Positions 22,079 through 31,497 of a stretch of 32,000 nt of DNA are shown piece by piece (positions within the stretch are counted from its first letter, which is position 1; each line of letters starts with the position of its first letter). This stretch comes from Candidatus Saccharimonadota bacterium. GTDB taxonomy: Bacteria > Patescibacteriota > Gracilibacteria > BD1-5 > UBA6164. A program made the position numbers and the translations under genes. The stretch lies in NCBI GenBank assembly GCA_965229705.1, contig OZ245922.1:330001-362000 (forward strand). The letters are read 5' to 3'. Under the pieces are notes generated by a model. That model did no database searches and had not been told where the DNA came from. It worked only from the letters and a program-made list of their open reading frames with translations.

Positions 22079-22903
22079 ATGAGAAAGTCTCGTTTTGCAT
22101 CCAAGAAAAAACCCGGTCATCAACAAAAGATGCAAGTAGCACGAAAGAAAAGACCAGCTCCATACCAAATGCGAGACAAATACTTTGAAATGGCAAAGCA
22201 AGATGGATATAGAGCCCGTAGCGCTTATAAGCTTAAGGAAATACAAGAAAATTTTGAGCTTATAAAACCTGGCATGAATATTTGTGATATTTGAGCTGCG
22301 CCGGGGAGTTTTATACAGTATATGAAACGCATTATATCTGACACAGGAGTTATCGTAGGAATTGATCTGAAACCTATAGCAAAATACTCTCAAAAAAATA
22401 TTATCACTCTTGAACATGATATTTTCGAATGTGATTCACTGAGAGTGAAAATCATAGAACTTTTAGAAGATGTGGCATTGAAGGAATCTTTGAGAAACAA
22501 AAAAACCTTGACTGAGAGACTAGTCTCAAGCTCTTGAAATAGTAAACTCGAGACCAGTCTCGAGAAAATAAAATGACTTTCTCAGGTGCTCAATAAGTCA
22601 TCTTCTCCCGCGAAAGAAAGTGTATACTTTGATCTGATAACAAGTGATATTGCCCCAAACACCACAGGGCGAAAAGATATAGATCAGTATGCAAGTGTAG
22701 AACTCAATATAGAAGTTTTAAAATTTGCAGATATATTTCTCAAAACATGATGAAATCTGTTACTCAAAGTGTTTAAGGGAGAGGATTTTTGAGACCTTAC
22801 ACAAGAAATACATAAGAGATACCAACGTTTTACAGAGTTTAAGCCTTATGCTTGTCGGGATAGAAGTTTTGAAGAATATCTTATTTGCTTTGGAAAAAAA
22901 TAA
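22079..22903 (+). CDS. rlmE: 23S rRNA 2'-O-ribose methyltransferase RlmE/FtsJ carrying a ~50-aa internal insertion
   Basis: ATG 22079, TAA 22901-22903. Motifs: [30 protein letters not shown](TGA 22292)-AAPGSF; ITSDIAPNTTGRKDIDQ; G-G-NLLLKVFKGEDF; KPYACRDRSFEEYLI. Fragments 22079-22294 and 22322-22537 are in this frame. Confidence 0.85.
22511..22585 (-). repeat. palindromic repeat element copy embedded in frame in rlmE
   Basis: The sequence is ctgagagactagtctcaagctcttgaaatagtaaactcgagaccagtctcgagaaaataaaatgactttctcag. The reverse complement of 22547-22585 (ctgagaaagtcattttattttctcgagactggtctcgag) matches 31805-31843 (ctgagaaaggcatttttatttttcgagaccggtctcgag). The ends are inverted (CTGAGA...TCTCAG), and it holds two 12-nt palindromes, GAGACTAGTCTC and GAGACCAGTCTC. 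Confidence 0.75.
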
Positions 22904-23523
22904 TGACCTTTCTTGATATTTTGTTGTTCCTTTTGGGATTAAGTGTAGGAGTATGGAGTTACTTTTCATGAAGAGATAGCCTCTATAAGCTATTTATATG
23001 ATTGGTTATAGGCTTTTTGAGTTTTTTGGTTGTAAGCTATCAGATACATATATCAGAGTTGACTCATGGTATTGAGCTGAGAGCCTATGACAGATTTCTG
23101 TTAGAACATAAAGCAGGGATCCTCAATATTCTTTTTTTTTGTGTTCCTACATTGGGAATATTTTTTATGCTTCATCCTCGTATCATCATCGAAACCCGGC
23201 CCAAGAGTATTTCTCATATCCTCTTAGGTATGATACTTCCATTTTTTATGATGTGAATGATATATCATACTCAGAGTAGCTTTATATTAGGAGAACATTT
23301 TCTTTGAAACGCTGTGCGAGAGAGTTTTCTCTACGGACTTTTTGAATATATTTCAGGACTCATGTTTTATCTTATTGCGGTTTTTATTTGTTATAAGTTT
23401 CTTTTCTTGGCTCTTTTAGAGTTTGCAAAATGGATCAAAAATGATTGTATGGCAATACTTTTTGCAAGCTGGGGGAGGAAGAAAAAGAGGAGAATAGATG
23501 AAGAAGAAGACTTATGAGAATAA
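22903..23523 (+). CDS. integral membrane protein, possibly CvpA family (206 aa)
   Basis: ATG 22903 overlaps the rlmE stop (TAATG). Stop TAA 23521-23523. It has 4-5 hydrophobic segments, a CvpA-like N-terminus MTFLDILLFLLGLSVGVWSYFSG, and a basic/acidic tail. Fragments 23002-23256 and 23314-23517 are in this frame. Confidence 0.5.
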
Positions 23524-23625
23524 GTAAAAAATAGGGAAAATAAAAAAAAGTGCTTGAAAAGCTTGACTTAATTAATTATTGATTATTTTAAATAAAACAC
23601 AAATCAAAAATACAAGGAGGTCTTT

Positions 23626-24045
23626 GTGTTCAAAAAATTGCTTACATTTCTTATCTTACCCTCCCTTTTTCTGGGGTGCGAAAGAAGGGAATATGTGGTG
23701 ACGTACTATAACGTTTCAGGCCTTATAGAACAGCGTGAAGAGGAAATAAAAAGGCTGATCGAAAGCGATCAGCAAATTAGAGAAGAAATGGGTTATGAGG
23801 GAGTAGTGTGTGACAACTCTGCAATTGGAGAGTTGTACATGAACTCTCTCCTAGAAGAGACTTCTATCTTAGAGATAATAAAAATTTTGTCAGATCTAAG
23901 AATAAAAGACCCTCTTCCCGGCGAGGTGTCTATAAGACTTCTCCAAGGCCAAAGTTTGCCTTCCAAATATGCAGCTGCGCTTTTTTGCCTCCTTGAGGCA
24001 AAAAAAGCTAATGAGGCAGAGACCTCTGTTGGTGATTTTCGCTAA
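23626..24045 (+). CDS. small putative lipoprotein (139 aa)
   Basis: GTG 23626 is preceded by AAGGAGG with a 5-nt spacer. The ORF is intact under the standard code (TAA stop, no TAG or TGA in frame). Signal peptide plus lipobox: MFKKLLTFLILPSLFLGC. Confidence 0.6.
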   Translation: MFKKLLTFLILPSLFLGCERREYVVTYYNVSGLIEQREEEIKRLIESDQQIREEMGYEGVVCDNSAIGELYMNSLLEETSILEIIKILSDLRIKDPLPGEVSIRLLQGQSLPSKYAAALFCLLEAKKANEAETSVGDFR

Positions 24046-24070
24046 ATCACTCGATAGAGCTTTCTCACAA

Positions 24071-24098
24071 CATAAGGCGCCCATTTGGGCGCCTTATG
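24071..24098. other. GC-rich perfect hairpin downstream of the lipoprotein gene (no clear U-tract)
   Basis: cataaggcgccc-attt-gggcgccttatg forms a 12-bp perfect stem, atypically GC-rich for this window. Confidence 0.6.
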
Positions 24099-24226
24099 AC
24101 TTTCTCAGAACTTCCTTACAAAGATACCCTTGAAAAAATTACTTCATCACTATAATACGGCTACTTCATTTTTCCTACACCGAAAAATACCAGTAACCCT
24201 GCAAGTTATTCTCTTACATATTTCTC

Positions 24227-25315
24227 ATGCGATACACACAAAAATATCGTCTTTTAACCTTTTACAAGTTTGTAGATGTGGCAGACCCTGAGGCAGAATG
24301 CCTAGAACACCTTACATTTACCAAAGACATTTGAATGAAAGGTAGAGTCTACATATGAAAAGAAGGCATTTCAAGTACTGTTACCGGAAACCAGTGACAA
24401 ATACAGGCCTATAAACTCTACCTTGATAATCATCCCCTTTGGAAAAATATCCAAGATATAGATATCAAATCCAGTCCCACAAACACCCATCAGTTTTCTC
24501 GAATGCAAGTAAAAGTTCGTGATGAAATCGTTGTTTTATGAAAAAAATATTCACAAAAAGAAATACAGCAGGCAGGTAATAGAATGAGTATAGAAGAATT
24601 TAAAAAGATACTTGATAGCGAAAATAGGCAGGACTATGTGATCTTAGATATGAGAAACAATCATGAGTATCAACTCTGACATTTCAAAAACGCTATCAGA
24701 GCAAACACTCTGAACTTTCGTCAACTCGAGAAAGAAATAGAAACTTATAAAAAAACCTTTGGTAATAAAAAAATTATTTCTTACTGCACCGGAGGTATTC
24801 GATGTGAAAAATCTACTGTTATGCTCCAGAAAGCTGGACTCAAAAACACCTACCAACTTGACGGAGGAGTCGTAAAATATATCAACACTTACAATGACGG
24901 CAATTGGCTTGGAAATCTCTATGTATTTGATGACAGAGTCAGTCAGCAGGTCTGAGATGAACAGACCCATACCACAATAGGAGAGTGCCTATACTCACAG
25001 AAAAAAACAGACAATTGTGAAAATTGCCGACTTTCTCGCTGCAATGCCCGTATTATTGCCCAGAGAAAAGAGTATAAAAAACACGCATGATTTTGTAGTG
25101 AAGAGTGCGCTCAAGAAGCGCTTTCAACCTTACTGGTAAAAACAGATTTTTCTCTTGATCCTGTCGACTATAAAAAGAAAAGATGAGTGATAAAGCAGCA
25201 TCCAGAACTCCGAGAACGTATCGAAAATGAGCTTCGTACACACCTCAAAAAACAACTAGATGGAGTCGTGTTTCCTCATAAAGTATCACAAAAAGAGGAT
25301 TATATATTGGACTAA
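24227..25315 (+). CDS. trhO: rhodanese-domain tRNA uridine(34) hydroxylase TrhO (YceA/UPF0176 family)
   Basis: ATG 24227, TAA 25313-25315, every codon walked (8 in-frame TGA). Motifs: LTFYKFVDV...; MRNNHEYQL-G-HFKNAI; active-site loop YCTGGIRCEKST; C-terminal Cys cluster CLYSQKKTDNCENCRLSRCN...FCSEEC. Confidence 0.85.
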
Positions 25316-25380
25316 AATCCCTTGCAAATATGTATTTATCGCTATAATTCCAGCGTTTTATTATTTTACATATATATATT

Positions 25381-25824
25381 ATGGAAACGAGTTTGATTCT
25401 CCTAAAACCAGATTGTGTAGAGAGAGGTCTTATAGGTCAGGTTATTAGCCGACTAGAGCAAAAATGACTCAAGATATCATGACTCAAGATGATGCAGTTA
25501 GACGATGCACTTATCAGCGAACACTATGATTTTCTTGCGGATAAACCTTTTTTTCCAAAGATACGAGAATACATGTCTCGAACACCTATTGTAGCTCTTG
25601 CCGTGAGTGGAACAAGTGCTATTGCAACTGTGAGAAACCTTACAGGCGCAACAAATCCCCAAGAAGCACTTCCAGGATCTATTAGGGGAGATTTTGGCCT
25701 GACGATTGATGGAAATATTATTCACGCAAGTGATAGTGAAGAAACAGCTCAAAAAGAGCTTGAAAGATTTTTTGCAGGAAAAGATATTTTTGACTACCCA
25801 CGAGGAGTAGACAAGATACTCTAA
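25381..25824 (+). CDS. ndk: nucleoside diphosphate kinase
   Basis: ATG 25381, TAA 25822-25824. Sequence: [40 protein letters not shown]...EHY...GATNP..A.PGSIRGDFG...NIIHASDS. Confidence 0.9.
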
Positions 25825-25847
25825 ATACTTCTCTTCAATACAAAAAT

Positions 25848-27341
25848 ATGTCTCCACTCTATGATACCATGCTTGCTGAGTATCTCAAAAACCCTTGAGG
25901 ACACTGACTGAGTCTAGACACTCTTGCAGAGAAAAAGTACGACTATGAGATGATATCTTATAGCGATATCACTGAGAAAAAAAATCTTACTTTCCACGAA
26001 GTCTCACTCGAAAAAGCAGCCGCTTATTCATGAGAAGATGTATACATCACATACAAGCTCTACAAAGATCAGCAAGATGAGACCTATAGAGCAAAGGCAA
26101 TATCTCAGCAAGAAAATACGAATCATAAAAGAGATATTCTCATAGATATAGAATTGCCACTTATGCAGGTACTCTCTGACATGGAGATGACGGGTATAAA
26201 AATAGATAAAAAGATACTAGAGTGAATCGGAGAAAGGCTCTCATGAGCGATAGAAGAACTCCAAGAAGAGATATATACTCTTGCGGGAGAAGTATTTAAC
26301 ATACACTCTCCAAAACAGGTATGAGAAATACTCTTTGAGAAACTTGCTCTTCCAAGTTCTAAAAAAACAAAAACTGGTTATAGTGTGAATGCTGAAGTTC
26401 TCGAAGGGCTCAAGAAAGAGTATCCTATTGCTGAGAAAATAGTAACATATCGTCACTACTGCAAGCTTCGTTCTACCTATATAGAAGGTCTTTTGAAACT
26501 TGCAACAGATACAGACAGGATTCACACTAGTTACAATCAAACTGTTACTTCTACCGGAAGACTCTCAAGTAATAAACCAAATCTCCAAAATATACCTATT
26601 GGAAATGATATTGCTGGAGAGATTCGTTCCGGCTTTATTCCAGACGAAGACAGTATTCTTGCAGCGCTTGATTATTCTCAAGTAGAAGTGAGACTCTTAG
26701 CTATTATGAGCCGAGATGATAATCTCCTGAAAGCTTTTCAAGAAGAGAGAGATATACATCAGGTAACGGCTGAATATATTTTTTGAAGTAGTCATATAAG
26801 CCCAAAGCAGAGACAGTTTGCCAAGGCAGTAAACTTTTGAGTGATATACGGTATAAGTCCTTTTGGGCTCTCAAATATGATAGATATTAGCCAAAAAGAG
26901 GCAAAGACTTATATCGAGAGTTTTTATGAAAATTACCCAAAGGTACGGAGCTTTTATGACGATATTATACTTAACTGTAAGAGGCAGGGATATGTTGAGA
27001 CTCTTTTTTGAAGAAGGAGGTATATCAAGTCTATCAATGACCAAAACAAGATGATGCAAAAGTGAGCAGAGAGAGAGGCTATCAATATGCCGATTCAGGG
27101 AAGCAGTGCAGATATCATTAAACTAGCAATGATACAAATATCCAAAATGCTTCGTGAGGAGAGTTTTGAGAGTAAGATGCTTTTGCAGGTACACGATGAG
27201 TTAGTGTTTAATATTAAAAAGTCAGAGCAACATAGCATTCTCCCAAAGATACAACATATCATGGAACATGTTCTTCCCAGCTCTCCTATACCACTCAAAG
27301 TTGATATTGCTATAGGAAATAATTGGAAAGAGTGTAAATAA
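25848..27341 (+). CDS. polA: DNA polymerase I, polymerase (family A) domain only (497 aa)
   Basis: ATG 25848, only 23 nt after the ndk stop. Stop TAA 27339-27341. It begins at the Exo III region (YDTMLAEYLKNP...AAAYSGEDVYITYKLY). Motif A: LAALDYSQVEVRLLA. Motif B: RQFAKAVNF-G-VIYG. Motif C: LLQVHDELVF. No 5'-nuclease or Exo I/II sequence precedes it. Confidence 0.9.
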
Positions 27342-27358
27342 TCATAACTTTTATATAT

Positions 27359-27586
27359 ATGGAATTTATCGTTGATATATTTTATGCTTTTTTGTTTATC
27401 CTCTGAGGGATGGCAATCATAAAATATCGAAGAAATCTCAAATGATGGACAGGGAATTGGTTCTGGGCAGAAAGATATCTCTGAAGTGGGGGCACATATC
27501 TGGTGATGATCATTATAGGATTAGCAATGATATTTTTTGGAGTGTTATACCCATTTTGAGCAGGGGATTTCTTGGGAGGAGTTTAG
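27359..27586 (+). CDS. small membrane protein (75 aa)
   Basis: ATG 27359 to TAG 27584-27586 with 4 in-frame TGA. It has two hydrophobic helices: MEFIVDIFYAFLFILGGMAII...GTYLVMIIIGLAMIFFGVLYPF. Confidence 0.45.
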
Positions 27587-27620
27587 AGAGCTTGTATATG
27601 CTCCATAAGTAAATCCTTGA

Positions 27621-27866
27621 GTGTTTTTGCTAGGTTTTCAGGACGCTTGCATACCTTTCAAAGAGTCTATACTCTGAATTAATTTCAATGATTATACTCA
27701 CAGAACATTAGTGACTCGTGATTATGGAGTATACAAAAATGCAGGTGGACACATTTATAGCTTTATTCGTGGCGGCAATGCTAATAATGGTGCTATCGGC
27801 GCGCCAGTTTCGTTGAACTTGGACTTTAACTATTATATTGATGTCTCGTTTCGTCCTTCTGTGTAA
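27621..27866 (+). CDS. short ORF, possibly a gene remnant (81 aa from GTG 27621)
   Basis: The frame is open from 27609 to TAA 27864-27866 with one TGA (27675), and the region looks locally richer in G+C. It ends ...YGVYKNAGGHIYSFIRGGNANNGAIGAPVSLNLDFNYYIDVSFRPSV. There is no ATG start and no clear family. Confidence 0.2.
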
Positions 27867-27867
27867 T

Positions 27868-27974
27868 GCTTGAGCAGGTTTTGAGAAAGTCTTTTTTTTC
27901 TCATTTTGAAAGGAGGGATTTCTCACTAAAGCTAGAGTGGATAAGAGAATTTTTGTTTTTCAGAGCTTGCTCAA
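27868..27974 (+). repeat. dispersed intergenic repeat, long copy (more diverged)
   Basis: ttgagaaagtcttttttttctcattttgaaaggagggatttctcactaaagctagagtggataagagaatttttgtttttcagagcttgc aligns with the copies at 10791 and 21177 (rc). Short inverted ends: gcttgagca (27868) and tgctcaa (27968-27974). Confidence 0.7.
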
Positions 27975-28042
27975 AAATCTTTCGTGTTTTTCAGCTTTCT
28001 TTATACAATAAGTTTCGCGCTTATTTGTATTACATACCTACT

Positions 28043-29470
28043 ATGAAAAAACAGATTTTTATCACTGTCTTGTGTCTGACAGTATTATTGTTTCCATATA
28101 TAACAGAGGCATGAACCTGGAAAGACTCTCTCATAGATATCTCTGAAACAATAGAGAGAGAAACGCCCAAGAGCTATGAGTACATTAGTCTCAACTTTCA
28201 GCGTGTACCAACAAACTCTCAAATAGAACTCGCTCTCAAAAAACTCGTATATCATGATGTGATAGAAAACGCGAGTGTTGCCCTCCCATTTTCTCAGGAA
28301 ATTTCTAAAGAGTTTGAAAACGCGATAAAACGCAAGATAACAACTCTCAATCAAGAAAATAAAACGCTTCATATAGAGCTGTGAAATACTCAATCTCAAA
28401 CACAACTCTCAGAAAAAGAAAGGGTCTTTTATGATGTGCTTAACACGCTCCAGGACTCACATGTATATAAAGATGAGTTTAGCCAAGATGATCTTCTCGA
28501 CGCCGCAATAACTGGTCTCACTGAGTGAACAGATGACAGCTATACAACTTATTTTCCTCCCGCAAGAAGTACCACTCTCTACCAATCACTTGATGGGGAG
28601 TATGAGTGAGTCTGAGCCTATGTAGAAATGCCCGAGCCTGGAGTCATCATCGTTGTGTCTCCGATAGTATGATGACCTGCAGAAGAAGTATGAATAAAAG
28701 GTGGGGATAGAGTCACTCATGTAGATGGGCAAGAAATCACAGAAGATATTTCATTGCAGGAGGCCGTCAGCTGGATCAAGTGACCGAGTGGAACACGCGT
28801 TGAACTGACCGTACTGAGAGGCGAGGAAGAACTGGTATTTTCTGTAGTCAGGCAAAAAATAGTCCTCAAAGATGTAGAGCATGAGAAACTCTCGTCAGAT
28901 ACATACTATATTCAGATCAAAAACTTTGGAGATAGTGTTGATACCGAGTTTCAAGAAGCTCTTTCTGTTATCTCTGACGATAGATCAGTAGATAGAATTA
29001 TTTTTGACCTCAGAAATAACCCAGGAGGATATCTACACAAGGCTTCCTCTGTACTGAGTTACTTTTTGGACGAATGATCTCCTGCTGCCGTGATACGAGC
29101 AGGAGATGAAGAAACTCGCTATATATCCGCCTGATATGATCTTATTGATTTTGAGGACTATGAGCTCATATTTCTGCAAAATAGCTGAAGTGCCTCTGCC
29201 TCTGAGATCATGATAGGAACAGTAAAAGACTATTTTCCAGATGCAATAGTGATAGGGGAACAAAGTTTTTGAAAATGATCAGTACAAACTCTCAGACCAT
29301 ACAGAGATGGATCAACACTCAAATATACCAGTGCAAAATGGTATACAGGAAAAAGTAATACAGGAATAGACGGTGTGTGAATCATTCCGGATATTGAGCT
29401 CCTTTTTGATAGAGAAAGATGGGAAACATACAAAAAAGATAATCAACTCGAAAGAGCGCTCGAATACTAG
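28043..29470 (+). CDS. ctpA: carboxy-terminal processing (tail-specific) peptidase, S41 family, with a PDZ domain
   Basis: ATG 28043 (MKKQIFITVLCLTVLLFPYITEA, signal-like), TAG 29468-29470, every codon walked. PDZ region: VSPIV-G-G-PAEEV-G-IKGGDRVTHVDGQ...IK-G-PSGTRVELTVLR. Also DLRNNPGGY, NS-G-SASASEI and EQSF-G(29270)-K-G(29276)-SVQT. The standard-code ORF 27866-28114 is only an upstream read-through of the same frame across the repeat. Confidence 0.85.
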
Positions 29471-29475
29471 TCACT

Positions 29476-31491
29476 ATGAGAACCTATTTCATCCAAACAT
29501 TTTGATGCCAAATGAATCAGGCTGACAGTGAGAAAATACATATGGTATTTTTGCAGTCGGGATTTTGTCGAGCTTGAAATATTCAGAGTGCGGATATCGT
29601 TATTTTTAATACTTGCAGTGTCCGTCAAAAATGAGAAGATAGGGTATTTGGTATGATGAGAGATCTCGCTCGCAGTTCTCACAAACCTCTTTTTGCTATC
29701 ACTGGTTGTATGGTACGCAAAACAGGTCTCGCAAAAAGATATCTTCCTACAGCTCAAACAAAGACAAAGAAGAAAAATACTACAAAACACATACAACTCC
29801 TAGACCATGAACAATGAATATATAACAGTGAAGATACACTCTTTGTGCGTAGCGAGTATATTGATTGCGTTTTTCGTATAGAAGAAACACGCTACATACC
29901 CCATATACTTTCACATATTTACGGTGAAAAAATCGGGCAAGAAGATAAATATGATGACTACCTCAAACAAGTCCAACAACGAGAAAACCCCTTTTCTGCA
30001 TCAGTGATTATCCAAACAGGTTGCGATAACTACTGTACATTTTGTATTGTTCCATACACGCGGTGAGGGGAAATATCTCGTCCAGAAGATGATATAATAA
30101 ATGAGTGTCAAGATGCCGTCTCCAATGGAGCAAAAGAGATCACGCTTCTCGGGCAAAATGTCAATTCCTATGGGAAACAAAAAAATAGCAAACTTTGGAA
30201 TAGTGAAAAATCGAGATGGAATACTGCTCAAAAAACTCTTAAAATAGGAGTCGATCTTGATGATACTCTCTTTGTTGTACTCAGTGAAGAAGTCATACAA
30301 AGCTATAATGCCAAGTATCATAAGATTCTCGAGCTCGATGATGTGCGAACATTTAACTGCAATGGTATACCAGAGCTTATGCAGGAATATCACAACTATG
30401 AACAGAGACACCGATGAGATATGTCTCTCCATGAGAATGGAAAAAAGGTATTGCAAAAATTATACGCTGCAGGACACAAAATATATGTGATCACCTCAAG
30501 ACCAGCAAAAGAGAGAAAGACTACAGAAGCACTTTTGGAAAAATATTTTTGAAAATGATTTTTTTCTCAGATATGTTTTGTCAGTGAGCTTGGGCATGAT
30601 AACAAGTATGAGATTGCCAATACTCTCCAGCTCGATGTGGTTATCGATGATGGACCACATCATATCCGTGCCTATCAAAAAAACTTTTCAGGAAAAATAT
30701 GTATATTTACTCAACCATGGAACAAGACTATCTCAGAAGATGGGCAAAAAACCTATAGAGTCAACTGCTGGAATGAGTTTGCTGAAAGGATAGAGAGTTT
30801 TCAGTTTTATTCGCCTTTTCGATCTCTCTTAGAAAAAATAGATACTCTACAAGGTCTTGATCGTATACGATTTACTTCCAGCAATCCACATGACATGACG
30901 AGAGATATTTTGGATGCTCATAGTGAGCTCTCAAAAACCTGCAATTATCTCCACTTTGCTCTCCAGTCATGAAACAATAAAATGCTCAAAAAAATGAATA
31001 GGCGTCATAGTTATGAAGATTTTCGTGATATGGTAACGTATCTGCGAAAAAAAGATCCTCTCTTTTCTATTTCTACAGATATTATTGTATGATTTAGTGG
31101 AGAAACTGATGAAATGTTTGAGGATACTGTTCGCGCGTTTCGAGAGTGCATGTTTGACTTCTGTTATACAGCGAGGTACTCTGTGAGACCCAATACCCTT
31201 GCAGCAAAAGTTATGCCAGATAATGTTCCTGAGAGTGTCAAAGCTGAGAGGTGGCATATACTCAATGATCTTTTGTTAGAAAATATTTCTCAGAGAAACG
31301 AGCTCATGCTTGGAAGAGTAGAGAAAGTACTGATATCATGAAAAAAAGATGCCGTATTTTTTGGGAGAACACGTAACTTTAAAGAAGTTTTTTTCGAAGC
31401 TCCAGAGAGCTGTAATATCTGAGATTTGGTAGACATAAAAATAACCGATCGTGATAGATATGTACTCAAGGGAAAGTATACAAATACATAA
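29476..31491 (+). CDS. miaB: tRNA methylthiotransferase MiaB with a nested HAD-superfamily (NT5C-like) domain (671 aa)
   Basis: ATG 29476, TAA 31489-31491, every codon walked. Motifs: [37 protein letters not shown]; radical-SAM [16 protein letters not shown](30064)-GE; [10 protein letters not shown]; [insert 30238-30804]; [14 protein letters not shown]; LHFALQS-G-NN; IV-G(31090)-FSGET; TRAM-like C-terminus. Fragments 29845-30066, 30637-30972 and 31114-31341 share the frame. Confidence 0.9.
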
Positions 31492-31497
31492 AATGCT

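Noticed and set aside
25462-25492. Direct repeat atgactcaagat(a/g)t twice near the 5' end of ndk
   Set aside because: It lies inside the coding frame ([12 protein letters not shown]), and the protein still aligns with the NDK N-terminal beta-alpha unit. It is probably a chance or slippage duplication with no separate function.
27866-28042. N-terminal extension of the S41 peptidase (track ORF 27866-28114)
   Set aside because: The upstream part is simply read-through of the intergenic repeat copy. ATG 28043 is immediately followed by a typical signal peptide (MKKQIFITVLCLTVLLF).
30238-30804. The MiaB insert as an intein or an intron
   Set aside because: It has no N-terminal Cys/Ser splice residue, no C-terminal His-Asn plus Cys/Ser/Thr junction, and no homing-endonuclease motifs. 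Instead it carries ordered HAD motifs I, II and IV, is in frame, and uses TGA-Gly codons like host genes. No group I/II intron-like structure is evident.
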